A stretch of DNA of 61,360 nt, the filler included. It is 3 parts of 3 records of this genome, joined end to end, with 100 filler letters (N's around TTAATTAATTAA, not from the genome) between each part and the next. Parts side by side here need not be neighbours in the genome. Positions count along the whole stretch, not along the records: positions 1 to 28,703 come from SRR20825019_1433; 2 more parts are not named here. One strand, written 5' to 3'. Positions 20,079 to 28,677 of the stretch are shown in pieces; the first letter of the stretch is position 1, and the number at the start of each line of letters is the position of its first letter. Under the pieces are notes generated by a model. The model worked only from the letters and a program-made list of their open reading frames with translations. It was not told the origin of the DNA and did no database searches. A program made the translations under genes and the position numbers.

Positions 20079-21152
20079 ATGAAAAATAGAGTCTTGTTTT
20101 TGATGATTGCCACTGTGGCAATGTTCAGGGTAAATGCCCAAAATAACGATACCAAGATAATTTTGATAACGTTGGACGGTTTCCGTTGGCAGGAATTATT
20201 TACAGGAGCCGATTCCCTTTTGATTGGTAATAAGGATTATGTTCACGAACCCGAAATGTTGAAAAAAGCTTTCTGGAGAGACACCCCATCTGAAAGAAGA
20301 GAAGCGTTGTTGCCCTTTTTCTGGAGTCAAGTGGTAAAAATGGGCCAGATTCATGGAAATCGAAAGTTGGAAAGCAAAGTAGATTTGACCAATTCCATGT
20401 GGTTCTCTTACCCGGGTTACAACGAAATTTTGACAGGAACTGCAGATGATAAAAACATCCGAAGTAATGACAAAATACCGAACCCCAACACAACAGTTTT
20501 AGAGCTTTACAATAACGCCGCCGAAGGAAAGGGCAAAGTCGCTGCCTTTGGTAGTTGGGATGTGTTTCCATCCATCATAAATGAAGAGCGGTCAGGAGTT
20601 CCCGTCAATGCGGGTTTTGAGTCAGCTATTGGAAACCTGAATGAAAGGGAAAAGTTTCTCAACCAATTGCAGAACCAGATACCCAGTCCATGGGGCTCGG
20701 TCCGGTTGGATGCATTTACGCATCATTATGCTTTGGAGCACATGAAAAAGGAACATCCAAAATTGGTTTTCATTTCCTACGGAGAAACCGATGATTTTGC
20801 CCATGATGGGGATTATCAAGCCTATTTAAAATCGGCCCACAATACCGATGGGTTGATCAAGGAGGTATGGGAGTTTACCCAACAAGATGATTTTTATAAG
20901 GACCAGACCGTGTTTTTGATCACTACGGACCATGGGCGTGGAACAGAGCCCTTGGATACTTGGAGAAGCCATGGCAGCGACATCAATGGGGCAGGCTCCG
21001 TTTGGATGATTGCTTTTGGAAAGAATGTTGATTCCAAAGGAGAAGTAAAGGAGGAAGAACAATTATACTCCAACCAGATTGCACCGACCATTTTAAGGAT
21101 ATTGGGAATACCCTTTCCAAAGGAAATCGAGGGAAAACCCATGAAATTATAA
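20079..21152 (+). CDS. Exported alkaline-phosphatase-superfamily metalloenzyme
   Basis: Signal peptide; ITLDGFRWQE, FSYPGYNE, TDDFAH, TTDHGRG motifs. Confidence 0.82.
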   Translation: MKNRVLFLMIATVAMFRVNAQNNDTKIILITLDGFRWQELFTGADSLLIGNKDYVHEPEMLKKAFWRDTPSERREALLPFFWSQVVKMGQIHGNRKLESKVDLTNSMWFSYPGYNEILTGTADDKNIRSNDKIPNPNTTVLELYNNAAEGKGKVAAFGSWDVFPSIINEERSGVPVNAGFESAIGNLNEREKFLNQLQNQIPSPWGSVRLDAFTHHYALEHMKKEHPKLVFISYGETDDFAHDGDYQAYLKSAHNTDGLIKEVWEFTQQDDFYKDQTVFLITTDHGRGTEPLDTWRSHGSDINGAGSVWMIAFGKNVDSKGEVKEEEQLYSNQIAPTILRILGIPFPKEIEGKPMKL

Positions 21153-21197
21153 GTTTAAGTTCGTTTGATTCAGTTTATTAGTTTGCGTAACCGCAGT

Positions 21198-21230
21198 AGA
21201 CCCGTGCCATTGGTACGGGTCTTGTTTTTT
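21198..21230 (+). terminator. Rho-independent terminator ending the susC operon
   Basis: AGACCCGTGCCA-T-TGGTACGGGTCT followed by TGTTTTTT. Confidence 0.85.
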
Positions 21231-21294
21231 GGTATCTCCCAAGAAGTTTCGTTTTTACTAAAATGGTTACCTTAGAGGAACGTATTTTTATCAC

Positions 21295-21927
21295 ATGAAA
21301 GAAGAGCTTTTAGCAACATTCAGCAACCATTTTGAACAGCCCCTTATCGATGAAATCCTAGAAGAAGGGAGATTAATGGAAGTTCCTGCGGGCGAGACCA
21401 TAATGGACATTGGGCAGTACATCCGAAGTATACCCTTATTGTTGTCGGGAGCAATTAAAGTGCTTCGGGAGGATGAGGAGGGAGATGAACTACTGCTATA
21501 CTATCTGGAACAAGGGGAAACCTGTTCGGTGACCATGGCCTGCTGTATGGGGCAGACCAAGAGCGAGATCAGGGCAATTACGGAAACCGATACTAGATTG
21601 GTCATGGTCCCTGTTCAAAAAATGGAAGAGTGGATGGGCAAGTACAAAGGTTGGCGAAACTATGTTTTCGAAAGTTATCAGAACCGCCTGAACGAGCTGC
21701 TACAGACCGTGGATAGCATTGCATTTAAAAACTTGGACCAAAGACTGGTTGATTATCTTAAAAAGAAGGTTGAGGTTACGAATGACAACCAAATAAGAAA
21801 TACCCACCAAGAAATAGCATACGATCTCCATACTTCAAGAGTTGTGGTTTCCCGATTGCTAAAAAAACTGGAAAAAATGAAGAAGTTGGAACTGCATAGA
21901 AATTACATTCAAATTGTGAATCTCTAA
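21295..21927 (+). CDS. CRP/FNR family transcriptional regulator
   Basis: cNMP-binding-like domain with CSVTMACC; HTH THQEIAYDLHTSRVVVSRLLKKLE. Confidence 0.92.
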   Translation: MKEELLATFSNHFEQPLIDEILEEGRLMEVPAGETIMDIGQYIRSIPLLLSGAIKVLREDEEGDELLLYYLEQGETCSVTMACCMGQTKSEIRAITETDTRLVMVPVQKMEEWMGKYKGWRNYVFESYQNRLNELLQTVDSIAFKNLDQRLVDYLKKKVEVTNDNQIRNTHQEIAYDLHTSRVVVSRLLKKLEKMKKLELHRNYIQIVNL

Positions 21928-21930
21928 GTT

Positions 21931-21975
21931 TGTGCCCTTTGTTACTGTGGATTGCCATTAGGCAACCTATTTTTG
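21931..21975 (+). promoter_or_regulatory. CRP/FNR-type box plus -7 promoter element upstream of sulP
   Basis: T-GTGCC-CTTT-GTTAC (21931-21945), 22-nt spacer, TATTTTTG (21968-21975). Confidence 0.7.
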
Positions 21976-21990
21976 CATAAAACCAATTGC

Positions 21991-23724
21991 ATGCTCAAAA
22001 GGATATTTCCTTTTTTATCATGGATTACCAACTATGATCGCTCAAAGTTAAATAGCGATTTAGTGGCAGGTCTTACAGTGGGAATCATGTTGATTCCTCA
22101 AGGTATGGCTTATGCCATGATTGCTGGAATGCCCCCTATTTATGGATTGTATGCTGCATTGGTGCCCCAACTTGTCTATGCCTTAATGGGAACTTCAAGG
22201 CAGTTGGCCGTTGGGCCCGTGGCCATGGATTCATTATTGGTGGCAGCAGGTGTAGGAGCCTTGAATTTAATCAACAAGGAGGACTATATCACAACGGTAC
22301 TTTTCCTGACTTTGCTTATCGGGGGTCTGCAATTGCTTATGGGAATATTCAAAATGGGGTTTTTTGTCAATTTTTTGTCCAAACCGGTCATAAGCGGGTT
22401 TACATCGGCTGCGGCACTTCTTATAGGTTTTGGTCAATTGAACCATATTTTGGGAACCAACTTTGCACAGTCAGGAAGAATACATGAACTTTTAGCGAAT
22501 ATATTCCGAAGCTTGCCCTACATTCACTGGCCTACATTTGTTATGGGTTTGGGATCCATACTATTTATAGTTCTGTTGAACAGATTCAATAAAAAATTAC
22601 CAGTGCCTCTGTTCTTGGTGGTATTGGGCATTTTGGCCGTGGTTATTTTCAGTCTTAATACGTTGGGAATCCATATTGTGGGAGATATCCCAAAGGGACT
22701 TCCCGGTTTTCAGGCCCCTGAGTTCCAGTGGGACAAGATGGGGCAACTTATGCCCATAGCCATAACCGTGGCCCTCTTCGGATTTATGGAATCCGTTTCC
22801 ATAGCCAAAACGGTAGAGGAAAGGCATCCCGAGTATGAATTGGACCCCAACCAAGAACTCCGAGCATTGGGTATTGCCAATATTTTAGGTTCATTCTTCC
22901 AGTCCTTTTCGGTATCGGGAAGTTTTTCAAGAACCGCCGTGAACGACAAAGCAGGGGCAAAAACAGGAATGTCATTGATTTTTAGCACCCTGATTATTGC
23001 AGGGGTGTTACTTTTTCTTACCCCTTTGTTCTATAATCTTCCAGCAGTGGTGTTGGGGGCCATTATTATTGTTTCGGTATCGGGTCTCATCGATTTAAGA
23101 TATCCGTGGGTACTTTGGAAAAATAGAAAGGATGAATTCCTGTTGTTGGTCGCCACTTTTTTGATGACACTGTTCATTGGGTTGATGGAGGGAATCCTTT
23201 TCGGGGTATTATTGTCCTTAATGTTGTTGGTCTACCGGATATCCAAGCCACATATGGCGGTATTGGGAAGAATCAAGGATACAAGCTATTTTAAAAATAT
23301 AGATCGCTTTTCGGGCGATGTGGAGGTGGAAGCCGATAAACTGGTGATACGTTTCGATGCCCAATTATATTTCGGCAACAAGGATTATTTCAAAAAGCAA
23401 CTATACCGGCAGATTGCAAAAAAAGGTCCGGTACTTAGGTATATCATTTTAAATGCCGAACCTATCAATTACATTGATAGCAGCGCCGCTTCCATGTTGG
23501 AGCGTATCATCTTGGATTTAAGGCACCGTGACATCCACTTTTTGATAGCAGCGGCCATAGGTCCAACAAGGGATATTTTGTACAGTAGCGGAATTGTGGA
23601 TATCCTTGGGGAAGAGAACCTGTACGTACAAACAATCGATGCCGTGAACGGTTGTTCCGAACAGAGTGAAAGGAGCTTTATGCAGAAAAAAGTGTCCCTA
23701 CAGTCCAAAAACAAGAGTTTGTAA
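21991..23724 (+). CDS. sulP: SulP/SLC26 anion permease with STAS domain
   Basis: DLVAGLTVGIMLIPQGMAYA, GSFSRTAVN, STAS motif YIDSSAA. Confidence 0.93.
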   Translation: MLKRIFPFLSWITNYDRSKLNSDLVAGLTVGIMLIPQGMAYAMIAGMPPIYGLYAALVPQLVYALMGTSRQLAVGPVAMDSLLVAAGVGALNLINKEDYITTVLFLTLLIGGLQLLMGIFKMGFFVNFLSKPVISGFTSAAALLIGFGQLNHILGTNFAQSGRIHELLANIFRSLPYIHWPTFVMGLGSILFIVLLNRFNKKLPVPLFLVVLGILAVVIFSLNTLGIHIVGDIPKGLPGFQAPEFQWDKMGQLMPIAITVALFGFMESVSIAKTVEERHPEYELDPNQELRALGIANILGSFFQSFSVSGSFSRTAVNDKAGAKTGMSLIFSTLIIAGVLLFLTPLFYNLPAVVLGAIIIVSVSGLIDLRYPWVLWKNRKDEFLLLVATFLMTLFIGLMEGILFGVLLSLMLLVYRISKPHMAVLGRIKDTSYFKNIDRFSGDVEVEADKLVIRFDAQLYFGNKDYFKKQLYRQIAKKGPVLRYIILNAEPINYIDSSAASMLERIILDLRHRDIHFLIAAAIGPTRDILYSSGIVDILGEENLYVQTIDAVNGCSEQSERSFMQKKVSLQSKNKSL

Positions 23725-23764
23725 CTTTGGTGACTGAACTTACGGATGCAGAATACTATATTTG
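23720..23764 (+). promoter_or_regulatory. CRP/FNR-type box plus -7 promoter element upstream of the MBL-rhodanese gene
   Basis: T-GTAAC-TTTG-GTGAC (23720-23734, contains the sulP stop codon), 22-nt spacer, TATATTTG (23757-23764). Confidence 0.78.
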
Positions 23765-23779
23765 AAAAAACTGGAAAAC

Positions 23780-25195
23780 ATGAAAATAGAACAGATATAT
23801 ACAGGCTGTCTTGCACAAGGCGCCTACTACATAGAAAGCGCAGGAGAAGCGGCAATAATCGACCCGCTAAGGGAAATCGACCCCTATTTGAAAACAGCAA
23901 AGGAAAGTGGAGCAAAGATCAAATATATTTTTGAGACACACTTCCATGCCGATTTTGTAAGCGGCCACCTTACGTTATCCAAAGAAACCGGAGCGCCCAT
24001 TGTATACGGTCCTACCGCTGAACCTTCATTTGAAGCTATTATTGCTAAAGATCAGCAGGAGTTTAAACTGGGTAAAATCACCATAGTGGCATTGCATACA
24101 CCCGGTCACACCATGGAGAGCACTACCTATTTGTTGAGGGATGAAAATGGAAAGGACCATGCCATTTTTAGTGGGGACACCTTGTTCCTTGGAGATGTTG
24201 GCCGTCCGGATTTGGCCCAAAAAGCGGCCCATATGACCCAAGAAGAATTGGCAGGAACCTTGTTCGATAGTCTGCGCAACAAGATTATGCCATTGGCCGA
24301 CGATGTTATTGTATATCCTGCCCACGGCGCTGGTTCCGCATGCGGAAAAAACATGATGAAGGAAACCGTGGACACCTTGGGCAACCAGAAAAAGATGAAC
24401 TATGCCCTTAGGGCGGATATGACCCGTGATGAATTTATTGATGAAGTGACCGAAGGTCTTTTGCCACCACCACAATATTTCCCACTCAATGTAAAAATGA
24501 ACAAAGAGGGTTACGAGGATATTGATAAAGTATTGGAAAGAGGCACCCAAGCCCTTGCCCCAGATGCCTTTGAAGCGGCCGCCAATGAAACAGGTGCCGT
24601 TGTACTCGATGTGCGCCATCAAGATGATTTTGCCAAAGGGCACGTGCCACGTTCCATATTTATTGGGCTGGACGGTAGTTTTGCCCCATGGGTGGGAGCA
24701 TTGGTAGCCGATGTAAAGCAACCGATACTTTTGGTGACTCCCGAAGGTAGGGAGGAAGAAACCATCACTCGATTGTCTCGTGTTGGGTTTGACCATACCT
24801 TGGGCTTCTTAAAAGGCGGAATCGAGGCTTGGAAGGCAGCAGGAAAAGAAACGGATACCGTGGACAGCATCAATGCCGAAGAGCTTAAAGAATTAATAGA
24901 AGAAAAAGAGGAGGTTCCGGTATACGATGTCCGCAAGGAATCGGAATACCAAGCAGAGCACGTGGAAAATGCAAACTTGACCCCTTTGGATTACATCAAC
25001 GACCACCTATCGGAATTTCCGGAAAAAGAAACCTTTTATGTTCATTGCGCAGGAGGATATCGTAGTATGATTGCCTCTTCCATCTTAAAAAGTAGAGGGA
25101 TTCATAATTTAGTGGATGTAGCTGGTGGTTTTGCCGATATTAAAAAGGCTGGAATACCCGTTACGGACTATGTTTGCCCCACAACACTGAAATAA
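23780..25195 (+). CDS. Persulfide dioxygenase-like MBL-fold hydrolase fused to two rhodanese domains (CstB/Blh-like)
   Basis: ETHFHADF, HTPGHT, GDTLFLGDVGRPDL, PAHGAGSACG; C-terminal rhodanese active loop CAGGYRS. Confidence 0.88.
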   Translation: MKIEQIYTGCLAQGAYYIESAGEAAIIDPLREIDPYLKTAKESGAKIKYIFETHFHADFVSGHLTLSKETGAPIVYGPTAEPSFEAIIAKDQQEFKLGKITIVALHTPGHTMESTTYLLRDENGKDHAIFSGDTLFLGDVGRPDLAQKAAHMTQEELAGTLFDSLRNKIMPLADDVIVYPAHGAGSACGKNMMKETVDTLGNQKKMNYALRADMTRDEFIDEVTEGLLPPPQYFPLNVKMNKEGYEDIDKVLERGTQALAPDAFEAAANETGAVVLDVRHQDDFAKGHVPRSIFIGLDGSFAPWVGALVADVKQPILLVTPEGREEETITRLSRVGFDHTLGFLKGGIEAWKAAGKETDTVDSINAEELKELIEEKEEVPVYDVRKESEYQAEHVENANLTPLDYINDHLSEFPEKETFYVHCAGGYRSMIASSILKSRGIHNLVDVAGGFADIKKAGIPVTDYVCPTTLK

Positions 25196-25235
25196 GTCCA
25201 AATCCCACTGGAAAATTGATTAAAAAGATGGGCTG

Positions 25236-25280
25236 TGTAACCGTGGTTACTGACAGCCATGGGTTGTATGAAGTACTTTG
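25236..25280 (+). promoter_or_regulatory. CRP/FNR-type box plus -7-like element upstream of the rhodanese gene
   Basis: T-GTAAC-CGTG-GTTAC (25236-25250), 22-nt spacer, GTACTTTG (TTTG at the same offset as the other sites). Confidence 0.72.
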
Positions 25281-25301
25281 GTCTCACAAAACAATGAGAC
25301 T

Positions 25302-25646
25302 ATGTCAATACTCGGTTTTTTGTTCAAAGAACATAACCTTCCCGATGAAATCCAGATAATGGATCGGGAAGAATATAGAAAAGCCATATCCCGCGGAAAG
25401 GTGCAGTTGGTGGATGTGAGGACCAGGGCGGAGTTTGCTTCTGGCCACATCAATGGAGCCAAGAACATTGATTTTTTTCAAGGTTCCGCTTTCGAATCAG
25501 CATTTTCCAAGATGAAGAAAGATGCCCCGGTATTTATTTATTGCCAATCCGGAAACAGAAGCCAAAAGGCAGCCAAACGATTGGTAGAATTGGGCTTCGC
25601 CAAAGTGTGCGACCTTAGGGGAGGCTACAGAAACTGGTGCTATTAA
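25302..25646 (+). CDS. Single-domain rhodanese (sulfurtransferase)
   Basis: LVDVRT..EF..GHI.GA, active loop YCQSGNRS, DLRGG. Confidence 0.92.
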   Translation: MSILGFLFKEHNLPDEIQIMDREEYRKAISRGKVQLVDVRTRAEFASGHINGAKNIDFFQGSAFESAFSKMKKDAPVFIYCQSGNRSQKAAKRLVELGFAKVCDLRGGYRNWCY

Positions 25647-25658
25647 ATTCATGTTGCT

Positions 25659-25925
25659 GTGCAAACTACTTTTCAAGTACAAAACTTAAAATGCGGAGGT
25701 TGTGTAAAGAGCATCTCCAACAAACTTTCTGAGATAAAAGAAATTAAAAATGTGATTGTGGATAAGGAAAGCTCATCGGTTAGCTTTGATCATCAAAGCG
25801 CCGATGATGCTTCCTTGATTAAAGAAGCCCTTAAACGCATGGGCTATCCCACCATTGATGACGAAAATGGTTTTGGGGACAAGGCAAAATCGTTTGTAAG
25901 TTGCGCGAGTGGAAAGTTGGCTTAG
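25659..25925 (+). CDS. Heavy-metal-associated (HMA/CopZ-like) domain protein
   Basis: NLKCGGC motif, MGYP, C-terminal SFVSCASG. Confidence 0.85.
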   Translation: MQTTFQVQNLKCGGCVKSISNKLSEIKEIKNVIVDKESSSVSFDHQSADDASLIKEALKRMGYPTIDDENGFGDKAKSFVSCASGKLA

Positions 25926-25940
25926 GTAATTAGATGGAGA

Positions 25941-26819
25941 TTACCCTTTATCTTTTTTTCTAAAACCGGATACTGATTGACCCCAGAATCTCTTCGGAAG
26001 TTTTTCATCACCGGGAAACCCCAACTCTATTTTACCGTCGCTTTCGGGAATATAATTTGTTCGGAATATATAATCCCAAAGACTCAGGCTAATTCCAAAA
26101 TTCATTCCATAGCGATGCCCCTCGGGAAGATTATAGGCGTGGTGGTACAGGTGCATCACCGGATTGTTCAGTATATACTTTAAAGGACCATAGGTCAGTT
26201 TAATGTTCGAATGATTAAAGTGTCCAATGGCAATGGCAGCAAAATGGACAATGTAGGCTTGTTCGGGTTCAAACCCTCCGAGGACCATCAATCCCAAAGT
26301 TTTTAAGGGTTTGTAAAGAACATTTTCCATCCAATGGAAACGCATGTGGGCAGCGAAGCCCATTTCCTTCACGCTATGGTGTACTTTATGAAATTCCCAA
26401 AAAGCAGGGACCCTGTGCAATAGGATATGAGTGAACCATTGAACAAAATCGAGCACTACAAAAAACACAAGCAACTGAACCCATTGGGGCCAATTGGCAA
26501 TATCCACAATGGCCAAAGATTTTGAAGTAATTCCGAAATCGTTAAAAAGTATCGTCAAAACTTTATAAACCCCGTTTATAATGATGGCGAATACAAAGAA
26601 ATTGAAGAACATATAAAATATATCCAGCCAAAAGTCCTTTCTAAAAATGGATTGTTCCTTGCGCCATGGAAAGAGGATTTCCAGCCCCCATACCAAGAGT
26701 GAGATAAGAATCAAACCCCAAAAATAATTGGTGTACCAGGGAACATCAAAAATAATGGATCTCCAGGTCCATTGGACCATTCCTAAAAACCCGTTGACCA
26801 AAGCATCAATATATTTCAT
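25941..26819 (-). CDS. Sterol desaturase / fatty-acid hydroxylase family membrane di-iron enzyme
   Basis: His boxes HILLH, HKVHH, HFNH, HLYHH; NFGISLSLWD; start at MKYID. Confidence 0.88.
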   Translation of the reverse strand: MKYIDALVNGFLGMVQWTWRSIIFDVPWYTNYFWGLILISLLVWGLEILFPWRKEQSIFRKDFWLDIFYMFFNFFVFAIIINGVYKVLTILFNDFGITSKSLAIVDIANWPQWVQLLVFFVVLDFVQWFTHILLHRVPAFWEFHKVHHSVKEMGFAAHMRFHWMENVLYKPLKTLGLMVLGGFEPEQAYIVHFAAIAIGHFNHSNIKLTYGPLKYILNNPVMHLYHHAYNLPEGHRYGMNFGISLSLWDYIFRTNYIPESDGKIELGFPGDEKLPKRFWGQSVSGFRKKDKG

Positions 26820-26824
26820 CACAG

Positions 26825-27277
26825 CTAGTTTAGCTCGTACCATTCAATATCCTCCAGATTTTGGCGGCGGCCTTTATCGGTAGGAGCATAGTTTTTGGCC
26901 AAATAGGTCAAAATCAATTCCTCATTAGCGCCCAAATCCCAAAGGTTCTGGGTTTCTTGCATCCATTCTATAGTAGCTTTCCACCCTTCCCTGCTCATTC
27001 GGTTTTGGGTGACCAATTTTGCGGAGTGACAGGCGGTACAATTTTGTATGGTCTCCTGCATTCCTCTATCATCAATAAAACCTGTGGCCACGTGGATACC
27101 GTTTTCTACTTTGTCGTAATCTTCAGAGGATACTTCCAAAGGAATTTCCGTTATTTCAGGTTTTGATTTGTGGTTTGCCCAATAGTATAAACCACCGAAC
27201 AATACCAAGATCAAAATCAAAAAAGAAAGTAAGCTTTTGGAAAGTGAACGCACCTGCTTTTGAAACTCCTTGCCCAT
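26825..27277 (-). CDS. Membrane-anchored monoheme cytochrome c (SorB-like electron acceptor)
   Basis: N-terminal TM helix, CTACH heme motif, WMQETQNLW; directly downstream of the sulfite oxidase. Confidence 0.85.
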   Translation of the reverse strand: MGKEFQKQVRSLSKSLLSFLILILVLFGGLYYWANHKSKPEITEIPLEVSSEDYDKVENGIHVATGFIDDRGMQETIQNCTACHSAKLVTQNRMSREGWKATIEWMQETQNLWDLGANEELILTYLAKNYAPTDKGRRQNLEDIEWYELN

Positions 27278-27278
27278 G

Positions 27279-28499
27279 TTACACAATTTTAACGGCTATA
27301 CGATGGCAAGCATTGTTGAGATAGCCTTTTGGGTTCCACCCCGGAAGTACCATTGGTTGCGCTTTTCCGTTGGTGTCCGTAGCCCTTCCCCACACCTCGT
27401 AATAGCCCTTTTTGGGAAATGATACCGTTGCGTTGAAATGTTGCCAAGCCAAACGGTTTTTGGGTCTTTTAAGGGAACAGGTATGCCAAGTACTGCCAAA
27501 ATCGATGGAATACTCCATTTTTGAAACCTCAAGTTCACCTGCCCACGCATGGCCATTGATGTTCAATGTTTGGCCCTGTTTGATCAGTGCTCCACTTTTT
27601 GGGTAGGTTATCAAGGACTTTACCGGCATGGACTCTATGATGCACATATCAGAATCTTCGACCTTGCTGCCCGGGGCAACAGTTTCGCAAGGGACACGGT
27701 ACGAGGTGCCCCCCATTTTTTCACCATCGTGCACTTTATTTCTGATACTGATTCGATTGACCCATTTCCCCGACGTGGAGGCGGGCCACCCCCCACAGAC
27801 CAATCGCAATGGAAAACCGTGTGCCAATGGAATATCCTCCCCGTTCATGGCAAAAGCGAGCAAGGTTTCATCTTGAAGTGCTTTCCAAATTGGAACGCCC
27901 CTGGAGATAGGTTCCTTATTTGGGTCGCCACTCAAATGGGTATCCGTGGCATGGTAGCCAATATAAACGGCGTCGGAATTGATTCCTGCATCTTCAAGGA
28001 CATCGCGAAGCCTTACTCCGGTCCATTCGGCACAAGAAACCGCTCCGACAGTCCATTGATTGCCCTTTGCGGGTGGATTGAACTCACTTCGGCCATTTCC
28101 ACCACATTCCAAAGTCAATTGATAGGTGTAGTGTTGGAACTTATCTTTTAAATCTGCCAGGGAATAGGTTTTTTTGTTTTTGACGGACTCACCATCTAAG
28201 GTCAATGTCCATTGGGAAGCTTCAATATTCTCAGGAATTCTTCCATTGTTGCGAACGAACATATATTTGTTGGGAGTAATGTCATCGTTCAACAAATGGG
28301 CCTGAGCCTCCATATTCCATGGTTTGTTGTTGAGCACAACCATTTCCTTGTCTTTGTGGAACATTTTAAAGGGATCGGGATCCTGTAGGCCTAGTGGTCG
28401 ATATCCTTTTGGCATCCGATGGCCATATACGATCTCTAAACCCAATATACTGGCCACGGCCGCCAACGAAATTTTGTTTGTAAAACCTCTTCTGTTCAT
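27279..28499 (-). CDS. Sulfite oxidase family molybdoenzyme (SorA/SoxC-like)
   Basis: Tat-like NRRGF; FVRNNG, Mo-ligand Cys in TLECGGNGR, HGFPLRL, GKWV, dimerisation domain, GYLNN. Confidence 0.92.
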   Translation of the reverse strand: MNRRGFTNKISLAAVASILGLEIVYGHRMPKGYRPLGLQDPDPFKMFHKDKEMVVLNNKPWNMEAQAHLLNDDITPNKYMFVRNNGRIPENIEASQWTLTLDGESVKNKKTYSLADLKDKFQHYTYQLTLECGGNGRSEFNPPAKGNQWTVGAVSCAEWTGVRLRDVLEDAGINSDAVYIGYHATDTHLSGDPNKEPISRGVPIWKALQDETLLAFAMNGEDIPLAHGFPLRLVCGGWPASTSGKWVNRISIRNKVHDGEKMGGTSYRVPCETVAPGSKVEDSDMCIIESMPVKSLITYPKSGALIKQGQTLNINGHAWAGELEVSKMEYSIDFGSTWHTCSLKRPKNRLAWQHFNATVSFPKKGYYEVWGRATDTNGKAQPMVLPGWNPKGYLNNACHRIAVKIV

Positions 28500-28512
28500 T
28501 CAGGTCAAAATT

Positions 28513-28586
28513 TAAATGTATCATAAAAATAAACAAAGCTATGTAACCAAGGTTACCGGACAATCCGTGATGAACCGTTACTTTTG
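28513..28586. promoter_or_regulatory. Single CRP/FNR-type box serving two divergent promoters
   Basis: GTAAC-CAAG-GTTAC (28543-28556); TACTTTTG on + strand at 28579-28586 and TACATTTA on - strand at 28520-28513, each 22 nt from the box. Confidence 0.78.
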
Positions 28587-28677
28587 AAGTAAATATTTGA
28601 AAATCAATAAGAGGCAAGGTGCAAGCTGATACGATTTTTGAAAATAAGTTGTATGCAACAATCATAAACTATCCATT

